Positions 49,001 through 61,493 of a stretch of DNA of 64,000 nt are shown here, piece after piece. Origin of the DNA: Hormiphora californensis (taxonomy: Eukaryota; Animalia; Ctenophora); NCBI GenBank assembly GCA_020137815.1, contig CM035359.1, positions 248,001 to 312,000 on the forward strand, given 5' to 3'. Position numbers and translations under genes: made by a program. Numbering within the stretch: the first letter of the stretch is position 1; the number at the start of each line of letters is the position of its first letter. Below the pieces are notes generated by a model. That model was not told the origin of the DNA. It saw nothing but the letters and a program-made list of their open reading frames with translations, and did no database searches.

Positions 49001-52000
49001 TCAGGGCTAGAAGCTTAAAATTATGGGGATTTAAAGGGGATAGGAAGGTTTATCGACACAAAAATTTTTATTAAAATCGGTGATGATTTTCGGTCGTGAG
49101 ATTGATTTACTTTTTTCCCTCTTAAAGGCCCTATTTAGCAAAGTTCCGAAAGTTTGTGAAGGCTGTAAATTGGTGAAAAGTTGCGTCTAACGATTATCTA
49201 AGTGGCCACAAATTTTTGGCGTATCCTTATTTGAGACAAGTTGTACAGAGCTTTTTTTGTGAAAGCCGTTTTTTTAGAAATAAAGAAATAGCCTGTATCT
49301 CAAAAACGACTGATTTTAGAGACCTGAGACCAAGCTTAAACGATTCAGAAGGTCCGATTTTGGGGGGGTCTTCTGAGAGACATTTTTCTCCTACTTCAAC
49401 AGTTTTCGCTGTAATTGCGAAAAACAAATCCTTTGAAGAGGGCAAAAGAGGAGTTCCGACAGCCTGCTTCGTGCTGCTTTTCCACCTTCTTGCTAAATCC
49501 TTTTTCGCAATTACAGCAAAAACCGTTGAAGTAGGAGAAAAATGTCTCTCAGAAGACCCCCCCAAAATCGGACCTTCTGAATCGTTTAAGCTTGGTCTCA
49601 GGTCTCTAAAATCAGTCGTTTTTGAGATACAGGCTATTTCTTTATTTCTAAAAAAACGGCTTTCACAAAAAAAGCTCTGTACAACTTGTCTCAAATAAGG
49701 ATACGCCAAAAATTTGTGGCCACTTAGATAATCGTTAGACGCAACTTTTCACCAATTTACAGCCTTCACAAACTTTCGGAACTTTGCTAAATAGGGCCTT
49801 TAAGAGGGAAAAAAGTAAATCAATCTCACGACCGAAAATCATCACCGATTTTAATAAAAAATTTTGTGTCGATAAACCTTCCTATCCCCTTCAAATCCCC
49901 ATAATTTTAAGCTTCTAGCCCTGAAAATGTATTTTTAGGGTGTCAAAAACGTCTTTTCAGAAATTTTCAAGACGATTTTAAAACGGCTGTAGCAAAAATA
50001 TGAATTCGACTTGAGGGCTAAAATTGCATATTTGAGGTCTCCTTGGCATGGCCTACAACCCTGCGGTGAGAGATTTCCCTGCACTCGAAAAAAAATTTTG
50101 GTTAGCGTACCCTTAATAATACACTATTTCAACGGGCGATAAGTCCCAGATTCGCTATAAAACTGCCAAGCGAAGAATTGTGGGTGGTCGGTTAGTGGGT
50201 GGTGGAGATGTGGGTGGTGGAGATGTGGGTGGTTGAGATGTGGATAGGTGGGGATCGCACCGATGTCCGAGGGTGACTGGAACCCATTACAGTAACTCGG
50301 AACCCCCAGGGAAAGCTCGGGAAAGAAACGGGGTTGACTAACAGGTGATGGGACTTATCAATCCCCAAACTAAATGAATGGAAAGTTTTTATGGCAAAAT
50401 TCTGCCATTTTCATAGTTTTCCAATCACTGCGCTGGCAAGCGCAAAGGTGGCCCCATCCAACCCCCCGAAAAAAATTCCCCCAAAAACGGCCCGCTTGCT
50501 CACAGCGTATATATAGTTATTTCATACTTTTAGCCCATTTTGGCACTTTTTGACACGCCATAACTCCGGAACCGGATGAGCTAGGAAGCTGAAATTTTGT
50601 ACTCAGAAGCTTCTTGTAGACATCTATCGATGGTAAAAATTTCAAGTGGCTAGCTCATTTTGTTCAAAAGTTATAACACCACCCCCAAAACAGAAAATTC
50701 AGTGTGGGGATAACTAGGTTGATATATACATACATATATACATGTCAATATTGTTGTTTCAGTAGGCCACAAGAGAGCTCTATCGGCGTGGAACCGAGAG
50801 CAGATAGTACAACAAATAGAAACACGTTGGTTTACAAACAATTGTTTCGATCTTGCGATCTCATCAGTGTAATAAAACGTGTAACTGCCTGAACAGAGAA
50901 TCCTGCCCATTGAAGGGTAAGTGTCTTCAACAGGGAGTAGTATATCTGGCAAAGCTGAAGTCTGATGCAGATGAATATCACTACGTCGGTATGACAGCTG
51001 CAACCTTCAAAAAACGATACTACGGCCACACTTCATCATTCCGGCATGAGGAACACAGCAAGGACACCAAGCTGTCCGAAAAGATCTGGGATCTGAAACG
51101 TGAAGGAAGATCGTGGGATATCGAGTGGGAGATCTTGAGGAGAGGAAGACCTTACACTGTGGGCCAGTCAACATGCGACCTCTGTACATCGGAAAAGCTA
51201 GAGATTGTGCGAAGATCGAGGGACCAGCGGCTGTTAAATTCTAGAACAGAGATCCTCTCTAAATGCCGACACAAAAAGAAGTTTTTACTGTGAAGGAGTT
51301 TATGAAGGAGCATACTCGGATAATTTTGTTTAATTTTGTTTTCCTATTTATTACACTGATGAGATCGCAAGATCGAAACAATTGTTTGTAAACCAACGTG
51401 TTTCTATTTGTTGTACATATATACATGTATAGACGCTTTGTTACCTTCCGTTTGGTCCCAGTTTGAGACGAACCAGACATCGTACGACCTTAAACCAAGC
51501 GGCATTCGACAGATAATTGTCTCGTGCATGTACCCATCTGGGTCGCGACTCTTCATCTGTCCTATGACGCGCGCAATGACGTCATGAGTGACGTCATTGC
51601 GCGAGACCGACTAACTTTTTTCAAACGCCTCTAGCACCCTGAAGACGTGTTCCGATTTCTGATTTGACGAAAAATCGTTACCGGCAAATTGTCTGAACTT
51701 TCAGATACTATATAGCGAATTTTCGTAGCTTATCATTTTGAGCCCTTAAATCGCGTCGGAAGTCAAAAATTTGACGAAAAATTCAGCAAATTGAACGTTT
51801 TTCTAGTAAAAACTCCCTTTCCTGACCACTGTGGTCAATGAAATTTTACAAGCTCCTTTGGGGTATTGATTCAAAATATATTGTGATGCAATAACGTCGT
51901 TACGACGTCACTAATTACGTCAAATGACGTCATAATGACGTCTAAAATACGATTTTCACAGAAATTCGTCTCGTTTCTCATATAGCGCATCATTTCGACA

Positions 52001-52224
52001 ATATTACATTATGAAATAATGTCTTGCTGCGATTAAAAACCAAAAAGGGACCTAAATTAAGCCAAAAACTAATTGAATTAGTTGGCGGGAAAGGTGGCCC
52101 ACTTACACCTTTGCCTGCTGCCGGGATCAGGGATATAAGAGGTGAATACAATGGAATAAGACAGTGAAAGAGAGCGTGATAGAGTGTGAGAGAGAGAGAG
52201 AAAGAGAAAGAGAGAGAGAGAGAG

Positions 52225-52289
<65 letters not shown>

Positions 52290-55133
52290 GGTTAGAACGA
52301 ACAGGAATAAGTTACCCTTGAAAAATAAGATATTGAGATACCGAGCTGGAGGGAGAAAATGAGAGTTCGTGGTGATACCCGGCAGTAGCAAAAGGTGTAA
52401 GTGGGCCACCTTTCCCGCCAACTAATTCAATTAGTTTTTGGCTTAATTATGTAATATAAAAAAACAGTGTTTACCGGGAACCACAGCGAGAACCCCTCAA
52501 TTTACAATTAAACAGACCACCATGCATCAGGGTCCGACTGTTATAATAGTTATTGTGAAATATTTCTCAACTTTCAATGATGTACTGCTTCTGAAAATTG
52601 AGGTAAATTTGTTAGTAGAGAGAGAATCTACAAAAGGGCACGTGCATGGATGTACGGTATGTATGCCCTTTTGTAGATTCTCTACATGTTTAATTTACCT
52701 CACCTTTCAGAAGGACATCATTGAAAGTTGAGATTCTCACAATTAATATAGAATTTAACTAGTAAACCCGTTCGCCCTACGGGCGAAATTCGGGGAAATG
52801 GTAGCTGGGTTAGGGAGCACTGACATCACCAGTCGACCTGTTGACATCCCATCTTAAGTTACTGTACCGTAAAAGGAGGTCAGGCGGGATCGCTGCGAGT
52901 TTCAGAACGTCAGATGATGATGATCGGGCGATCAAAGTGATAAAAGAACTTACTATTTTGCAGACTCCTCGCGTTTCGTCTGTTTGCAGTATTCATCTGA
53001 GATTGATCATCGGTTCTGTCTAACCTCCAACGTCTTACTCTTTTTTGTTGTCTCTGCACTTCTCTTGGTGTATGGAAAAGTAGAGAATGGCGGTGAGATC
53101 TCCAATAGTCGCTTTCGTATATCAACGGTTGTTGAAGAGAGCATAATAGCTGGAACAGTGACACAATACAAAGCAAGAACAGCTGCACGTGCAGCTGCAG
53201 TACGTAGTAACAATCCTTGGTAACGACTCACACCCCTGGCCCCACTCCAGCTATAGTACTCCACCTCTAAACCTGCACGTGCAAAATGCCATATTTGGTA
53301 AAAAAAACGGGACACTGGATTTCCCTATTTGCTTTAATAATAGTATGATTTGTAATTCTCAACTTGAGAAGTATTAAACGTTCTATATTAATTGTAAATT
53401 GTGGGGTTATCGGATCCCGGTAATTGTACATCTACATGATAACAGACCACATTGCATGTATTCCGAAATATTCCAATAAATGAGTTTTTCCAAAATTTAC
53501 CTCCCATCTCAATTGGATGATGAGAATTCTATCCAACAATTTACTAATACACCCCTCTTTATTCAGTTACTAAGATATTCTCGTGTTCTAAGTGTGGATA
53601 CATCACGGCGTGGAAAAGTGCCCTTCGATCACACATCAAACTCATCCATAAACGTTCCAGACGCATGGATTGCATCGTTTGTGGGTTTACTACACGACGG
53701 AAAAGGGTAATTAATTGTTAGGAAAATATTCCACTTTTACATTGATTTTGGATGGCTTTTTAAAAAATGAATATTATGCTTTAGTTATGCTTTAGTGATC
53801 ATATTACCTTACTCTCGTTTTTTAAGAAACGCTTTAGTAAGAAACTTTTTTATAAGAAACTTTTCAAATGTAAATCACACAATTCAGAGACACCACAACA
53901 AAATAGAACACCCCTAACTTGTTTAGTTTCTTGATAAAGGAGAAATTATTTTTGTTTTTGGATTGCTTACACCTGTAGTTTCCTAGAAAAAAAGTTTCTT
54001 ATTTAAAAGTTTCTTGAAATATGCGAGCTTAATTAACGAGAGTAAGGTATATCACATCACGTGGACACTAGAATTGTTTGTGTAGCCGGGGGAGGAGCTA
54101 CATGACACCCATGCCAGTTAGGGTGGGTGGGTTTACGAGGGGTCCGGCAGTTAAATGATACACTTAACTGCCTAAAAATGGGGGGTGTAGGGCCGCCATC
54201 TTCCTTTTCTTGCCGCAATTTACTGTATTTATCGGCGTTCTTCTATAACATTATTAAACACATCACTACAAATTTTCCCGCTCACTCCCTCCTTTTCAGG
54301 TACTACGTGTGCACATGCTATCCCACAAGAGCACTCTAACCTACACGTGTCGTCACAAGAAAAGTGGTAAAGAGTGCTCATTCCAGACGCGCCGATCATC
54401 GCTCTTCAAACTCCACCTTGCCAGGCATCGCTCCAGAAAGCTTCAGGCGAGAAAGGAAAAACGTGTCATTCACCAGTGTCCGGATTGTGAGTTTCAAACT
54501 CCACTGAAGCGCCTCCTCCATCGGCATCGGTTTCTCAGTCACATCTACAGGGTGTTTTACATCAGCTACCCCACCAACCCGCTGGTGCCCATCGAGTACA
54601 AAACACAGCCCAACCAGTGTATGTACTGTCCCTTCATCACATGGGGACATGGGAGAATGCTAGAGCACGTGGAGAAGAACCACAAGACGACCGTGTACAA
54701 GTGTCCTCATTGCGATTTTGAGTGCAGATGGAAGCAGATGATGACGGTTCATGTTAAAAAGCACACTCCCGTCGCAGTAGACAAGCTTTACAGCTGTCTC
54801 TACTGCTCCTACCGGACCCGACACAAGAATGCACTCTACACCCACGTGCGTATCCACACTGACGACCGACCTTACCGATGCCACGTGTGCGATTACTCCG
54901 CCATCCAGAAAGTCCACCTGGATGCACACATGTACAAACACAACGGGATCCTCCCCTACAACTGTTCACTGTGCAAATACCGTACCGCCACCAAGGCCAG
55001 TTTGAAGGCGCACATGTGTAAGCACACAGGAATCCGGCCGTTTAAGTGCATGTTCTGTGACTACCGCAGCGCTAGGAAGGCGGATCTAAAGAAACATATT
55101 ACGATAAGACATAGCCATGAGCTCAGCAAGTAA
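46016..55133 (+). CDS. C2H2 zinc-finger transcription factor, 10 fingers. Exons 46016-46100, 46206-46387, 47645-47729 (tentative) and 53567-53706, 54300-55133 (firm); start codon unresolved
   Basis: Finger 2 (CIVC...VLRVHMLSH) is completed across the 53706/54300 junction; HTDDRPYRC and HTGIRPFKC linkers; the upstream Q/P/S-rich exons are open with compatible phases. Confidence 0.8.
48813..50112. mobile_element. 1.3-kb foldback element, Kolobok-like (TTAA TSD, GG...CC ends)
   Basis: TTAA|GGGTACGCTAACC ... GGTTAGCGTACCC|TTAA; near-perfect arms of about 615 bp with a spacer of about 65 bp at about 49430-49495. Confidence 0.85.
50832..50872 (-). ncRNA. Minimal type I hammerhead ribozyme (inverted copy)
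   Basis: Exact reverse complement of 51351-51391. Confidence 0.8.
51351..51391 (+). ncRNA. Minimal type I hammerhead ribozyme
   Basis: UUACA-CUGAUGA-GAUC(GCAA)GAUC-GAA-ACAAUUGU-U-UGUAA: intact core, GNRA-capped stem II, palindromic stem III, 5-bp stem I. Confidence 0.85.
52055..52448. mobile_element. Element bounded by inverted repeats of about 75 bp around a (GA)n core
   Basis: AATTAAGCCAAAAACTAATTGAATTAGTTGGCGGGAAAGGTGGCCCACTTACACCTTT and its reverse complement. Confidence 0.65.
53807..54047. mobile_element. MITE with TA flanks in the zinc-finger gene intron
   Basis: TA|CCTTACTCTCGTT ... AACGAGAGTAAGG|TA. Confidence 0.7.
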
Positions 55134-55233
55134 TATGTGGAGAGCAATTAGTGGTGGGATAAATGGAGGAAAGGGACACGTGTGTGTTTTCTAGAGAGAG
55201 AAAAGAGAGAGAGAGTGTGTCTGTTTGTGTGTG

Positions 55234-55266
<33 letters not shown>

Positions 55267-57150
55267 CTTTCCTAGCACACCTGCATACATAATATATGTT
55301 GTGTGTACTTCGTAAAGCCATGTTATAGAAAAGTTTTCGTTAGTGTTTGGTATAAAAAAGGGTTACAATGTATACCAAATTTAATGTATACCAAATTAAG
55401 GTATCTTTAAATAAGGAATATTAGGAATATTAGACTATTCATCAATGAGGCCGAATAGCATGATGATTAAAGTCAGGAACCTCTAGATAAGGTAACAGTT
55501 GTCTGTTTTAATCAGCCGCTGATTCCTTAATTTCGGGTTACTGTATTGTCGTGAGACTCTTTCATCTTTCTAAGTCTGTTTGTTCGTGTTAGTGAGCCTG
55601 TGAGATTTCCCGTATGTCTATCTGTGAGTATCTCTATTATATACCTGCGTTTCTTCACGTGTGTGTGTGTGTCTGTAAGTTTGTTCGTTTATGCGTGTGT
55701 GTGGCTGTAAGTTTGTTCGTGTTTGCGGTGTTCAAGGTCTACTTACCTCCATCTTCTATTTGGAGTCAGATCAGCAAGACTCTGACGGATAAGAATATAC
55801 ATCCAAAAGGGGATATTAGATCCTGGCCTGGGGCCTGGGACTTTCATAACTGCATGGTCTCGATATTTAATAGATTGAATAGATCTTCCGAACCACCGAA
55901 GAAGCCCAGCCCCACGGCCCGTGCCTCCCGTTCCCTTTTGATGTACTTTCTCTGTCGGCTCAGGGTTTACAATCCTTTTTACGTTAATTCTTCAACGTAG
56001 CCGTTTCCCAGCTAGCTTTCTCTCGCTCTCTCCCCTTACTCCATAGATCGGAGAGAGTGTGAGAGGGCGTCCAGCGGGAGACGGGCCCCCGAAGTTTCCA
56101 CCCCTCTAGAGATGAGCGAGTGTGTTTCTAAACCATCGATACACTCGGCTCGCATGGTTGAGGTGGAGGCTTTGGGGAGGCCTGTACAGGCACCAGGCTG
56201 TACCCGATCAATCATTTTAGATATATATCATATAATTATATATACATTATACACTATATACATATACAGTATATATATATATATTTTACACTATATATAC
56301 AGTATATATATATTACACTATTTACCTCATTCATGATACGCTTACTGGTGTAACTGTAATAGAATTTAACGTGTTTTATGGGATATCTCCCAACTTAAAT
56401 AGATATTATATAATACACCCGGGTTACATATATTGGATATTACCCTAATATTCCCTCTCTATCTCTCCAATCAGTTCGACACTGTGGCTTGATTATTATC
56501 CATACCTGCGTAGTGGTCAGGTTTAACCCGTTATTCTTTAGACGGAGGCTTGGTGACAACAGAACTTGAGTGGTATTTACAGGATCCGGCATTTCCGGCA
56601 CTAGATCACACGGCAAAGGACGCAACAGGGAGAGTTTGATACTTTAACTAAGAGAACAACAATGAACAACCGCCTTGTCGTATAGTGCCGGGGGAAGCTT
56701 AGCACCATTTTTACATAAGTGGTCTTGGTCTTTTCGTGCCTTCCTGGTCTTGATCTATATATGTATGATATTTGCGTATATATATTTTACAATCCACTCC
56801 CTCCCAGCTTATTATTGATTTTAGTAGGGGTAGCGTGGCATGCACCCAGTATTTGAGCCGTGCAAATCTTCTAACTTTTGTAGGTGATGTACATCTCTGT
56901 TTTGTGTGTGTGTGCCACGCTAATGTCCCCTACTACCAGGTCACAGTGTCAAAATTATATTTGCTTTTTATAGCGGGCGGGCGTTCATTCACCCGCCAGA
57001 GCCCTGCAGTAGGGTTTATATATTTACAGTTTTTCCGAGTTCTTTTTCTGGCGAATAAACTATGGAATTCAAGATGAATTATTAGTACTATTGGGTAGAG
57101 AGGGGTCGATTTATAAATAGAAGGAGGAAGAGATGCAGAGGAATAGAGAA

Positions 57151-57415
57151 GGGGGTTCAAGATAAATAGTTCGGACGTATTATAATTATGTCTCATTTCA
57201 ATTTTTTTGGTTTTATTTCCCAGAAAAAAAGTATAAATAAAAAGCTAGTCTTTGGGGGGGGGGTCTATTTAGGTTCTAACCACTAAAGGAAATTGAATAA
57301 GTGGTTAATTGTGGGGGGTACTTTTGGGTTTTGACCACTTAAGCAATTTTTAGACATATAATACGTCCGAACGATTTACCTTGAAAGCCCCCCCCCCCCC
57401 CCCCCCCCCCCCCCC
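57151..57415. mobile_element. Small oligo-G/C-ended TIR element
   Basis: GGGGGTTCAAGATAAATAGTTCGGACGTATTATA / TATAATACGTCCGAACGATTTACCTTGAAAGCCCC; TSD imperfect. Confidence 0.6.
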
Positions 57416-57510
57416 GTAGAGAGATAGAGAAACCGTTTTTAGGCAAACTCTCGCATTTGTGTGAAAACGTTGGGATAATTATTCGTTACATGTTCATATA
57501 AAAATATATA

Positions 57511-57667
57511 CAGTCGGACCCCGATTTAGGGACACCCTCGGGGGAAAGGCTCTTGTCCACTAAATCGGGGTGTCCACTAAATCGGGGTCAAATAAGGTTA
57601 ATTTCCTATATCGAGGGAAAAAAATCCTGTCCCTAAATCGGGGTGCCACTAAATCGGGGTCCGACTG
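57511..57667. mobile_element. Tc1/mariner-type MITE
   Basis: TA|CAGTCGGACCCCGATTTAG ... CTAAATCGGGGTCCGACTG|TA; degenerate relatives at about 27101-27165 and 60371-60430. Confidence 0.88.
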
Positions 57668-60600
57668 TATATACAATTAACTTAAATTCATATGTATACA
57701 GGCAGGCCAGCTGGCCTGCTGCTATACATAATACATATTATATCCCAATATAACGCCCACTGCGCTTTTTTTAGACCAATATCACCCGCGCGGTAGCGGG
57801 CTGATATGACTGCATCCGAAATGATAAATCTCATAACGCCCGCTCCAAAACTGCAATTTATTACACGCAAGAATTCATTCAAAAAAGGTGTGAAATCCTT
57901 TCTTTTGGTTGTGTGTACTGTTGTGTACACACTGTTTCAAAGAGAAAGACAGATTGACACAACAAGGGGCGGCAGAATGGCGACAAGAGAGAGAGAGACA
58001 AGAGAGACATTGGTAATCGTTATCTCTCTCTATTTAATTAGCGTCCAATAGTTCGTTTGTGTGTGTGTGTGTGTGTGTGAGTGTCTAGACATGTCTGGAG
58101 TTGAAAAGGGAACATATTTGAAGGATTGGCATGAGTTGTGTTGCCTCTCTCTCTCTGTGTAATCATTTGTTGTTGAACCGTGAAACTTTGATGATGTTGA
58201 ATAGTTTGTCAAATTGAGTTGAAAAACTTGAATGGGGATTAGTGTTGTTCTCTCCTTGCTTGCAGTGGGCGTTATATGCTATAACACCTTATGTGTATCA
58301 ATATATCGCCCTCACTACGTTCGGGGCGATATATTGCATATCGTCTCCTTGCTCCGCAAGGAGCCGATATGCGTGCATATCACGCCCCGCGCGGGGCGCG
58401 ATATACAGATACACACCGGTGTTATAGCACATATAAATATGAGTATACAAACTCAAAACAACGGTGGTTTTTTCGGTCCATACTATCAGTTTCATGATGC
58501 TCACGAGGAGACACCAATCATCATGGCGTCACCAATCACCATGGAGACACCAATGGAGACTGGAGACACCATGGAGACACCATGGAGACACCAATCATCA
58601 TGGCGTCATGTACTGCGTGTTTGTGTGATTGTTTGTTTGTGTGTTTACTTGATATCATGTAGACGTGTTCATGGATCAATAGAAGTGGGACCAGTAACAA
58701 TATTTTTTGCCGAAAACATAAGAAGACAGTGTATTGATACACTTCCCCTGATTTTCATGATGTTGTCACCGTCTTCTCAAACGTTTTTTGCAAACCTCTC
58801 ACACATGTGGTGTGCGTGTCAAAATGATAAATATCACACGCACATGGGGGTGATAACTTCATAACATCCGACTTCACATTGTAATGAGATTTATCCTTAG
58901 TTTTTTCCTAAAAAGCATGGTTGATCTATATCTACCTATATGCCATTACAGTCAAACTTCGAGGTGCCGTTATCCTTGTGTGCTTGTGCGGAGGGGTATT
59001 TTCATATTATATCCCAAGTCACTTTGTCGGTACGGGGTTACCAATTGGTAATTTGTCCGTCTAGTTTTAAATCGAGGTTCGGTAAATCGAGGTTTGGCTG
59101 TTATGTACATACCCTGATGCCTGACCATTGGCTTTCTGCGACTCAAAGATTGTTTGAACTCCTCTTTCATTACAATGAATGATTAGAAAAACAACATTTG
59201 AAATGTCACAGAAGGCCAAACTATCATTATCTTAGTTAGATTTTCCACAAAAGATGAGGCTACGTTTTTGCCATGGTTACCTAGCAACGTACCAGTCACT
59301 TGGTTACCATGGCAATGACATAACCTCCCTAGCAACGCTATAAAGATTTTTCGTAAGACAGATGCAGTAACAGTGCATGAAACATGTTAAAATGTATCAT
59401 CTCACATTTAAATGGTAGCTCTGGCTTCAAATACATGTGTGTGGGAATAATCGAGAGAGAGAAAGAGAGAGAGAGAGAGAAAGATAGTGAGAGAAAGATG
59501 GATTGAGAAAGAATATAATGTGATTAAAGAAGGTTTTAGAAACACATGTTCTAAGCTTGTTTAACCAGCTCTAATATGGGAAATGTTTCTTTACTTTCTA
59601 CTGTTGCACTTGAACCATGAAGCTCGTTGAAATATATCTTCAAGTGCGTAGAATGATATCGTCTGAGAAGAAGATATGGAGAGATCGAATAGTACACTAG
59701 CATGGTACAGGGAGTTCCGTGCTTGTATATCACATATAGGTATCGCCCGACATACCACGCTATTGTCCTCTACTAGAATGAGATGGAAAGTTGAATGTTA
59801 TTGGATGTCGTTTTAAATCAGAAGGGCGAATAGTCGAACCAGATCGAATAGTCGGACCAGATCGAGTAGTCGAACCATATCGAATAGTCGGACCAGATCG
59901 AGTAGTCGACGTCGATTTGGAATGAAAAACCTCTTCATAAAGTATCTAGTTCGTAATTCGTTTTTTTAGAAAAATATCATGAATATATAATGCATGATTG
60001 AGAAAAAATGAATCGACACTGGCCCTACTCTCGCCTATGTAGATGTCTCCGAAATCGTTTGTATTTTTGAAAGGAATCTAACTTTTCTTTCCAGTACAAC
60101 ACAGATTTCGTTTTATATCTGAATAAAGTCGGTTATCATTCATTTTACGTGGCTTCTGATTTGACCCAGAGCCCCCACGAAAATGCGTGAAACTGCTGAT
60201 TATGAACTGCTACATTTTCCCAAGCCCCCTTTTTTGAGACTTCCCCCTTCTGATCTATATTCGGTTTTGTGTCAGACGGAGTGAGCCAGTTGGCTGCTTT
60301 TTGAAATGGGATTATATAATAGTGTTCTGTCTTCGAGCTGAATTTACCGTGTTTTTACTGCGTTCTCTCGCGGACCCCGATTTACTGGGATCATCGGGAG
60401 AAAGGGTTTTTTAAATCGGGGTCCGGCTGTATATAATATCACTTCTCCAAATATGTCTCCACGAATTCACTGTAATGGGTTGGTATCTAGTGAAAATTGT
60501 AATTTTACGTCATAGTTTTCAGGCCCTTTTTTAGATGTTTATGCTCTAAAAGGACACCAGCTGATGTAGATCACACAGATCTGGTGAGGGCCGGGAGTTC

Positions 60601-60885
60601 TAAGAAATTTAATTTCTAAGAATTTGAACCAACAAGTAATGTTGAGTAATTTCGAAAATTTCGCTGTAGGCGGCGATGTGTGGGTGGCCAATATGACAAA
60701 GCAGTAAGCACCACTTCTAGTTTCATACAAATCACTTTAAAATAACCAAAAAAGAGAAAACACTGTTGTTCAAACCCCTCCCTCCATCTCTAGGCAATGG
60801 TACACGGCAGCGCTATGTGAATGGGTGACGAAACACAGCACCAGGTGAGCCTTAATTGCATAGGTCACGTACATAGAATCTTACT

Positions 60886-61365
60886 TTACTCTCTCCTAGT
60901 AAATATAACAATCTTACTCTGCTCTCTTCTAGTAAATATAACAATCTTACTCTGCTCTCTCCCTAGTAAATATAACAATCTTACTCTGCTCTCTTCTAGT
61001 TAATATAACAATCTTACTTTGCTCTCTCCTAGTTAATATAACAATCTTACTCTGCTCTCTTCTAGTTAATATAACAATCTTACTTTGCTCTCTCCTAGTT
61101 AATATAACAATCTTACTCTGCTCTCTCCTAGTTAATATAACAATCTTACTCTGCTCTCTCCTAGTTAATATAACAATCTTACTCTGCTCTCTCCTAGTAA
61201 ATAAAACAATCTTACTCTGCTCTCTCCTAGTAAATATAACAATCTTACTCTACTCTCTCCTAGTTAATATAATAATCTTACTCTGCTCTCTCCTAGTTAA
61301 TATAACAATCTTACTCTGCTCTCTTCTAGTAAATATAAGAATCTTACTCTGCTCTCTCCTAGTAA
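60886..61365. repeat. 33-bp minisatellite (AATCTTACTCTGCTCTCTCCTAGTTAATATAAC), about 14 copies
   Basis: Tandem array; its reverse complement resembles the twinfilin intron-1 unit. Confidence 0.92.
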
Positions 61366-61493
61366 ATGACCACCCTTCAAAGTCACTTCTCACATTTCTC
61401 TTATCTATTTTGTATCTCGAGCAGCGCTCTGCATACTTGTACAACTGCTAGTGTTCCTGACCCAGTACACCTGTACTGGCCAACCAGTTCCAG

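Larger units (their letters stand above)
50807..51416 (+). mobile_element. 5'-truncated Penelope-like element (GIY-YIG endonuclease end) with an inverted terminal repeat
   Basis: ORF 50853-51293 reads CNC...CPLKGKC...VVY...YVGMT...FKKRY...H...CDLCTSEK...LLNSRTEILSKCRH, typical of PLE GIY-YIG domains; 70-bp IR at 50807-50876 and 51347-51416. Confidence 0.9.

Noticed and set aside
49216-49709. Twin 160-aa ORFs on opposite strands
   Set aside because: Mirror images caused by the foldback element; no domain motif.
55746-56110. Minus-strand open stretch ending at a GTAAGT donor
   Set aside because: Upstream in-frame stop, no recognisable homology and no compatible next exon.
58232-58864. 210-aa ORF
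   Set aside because: Crosses palindromic and GGAGACACCAT repeats; composition is not protein-like.
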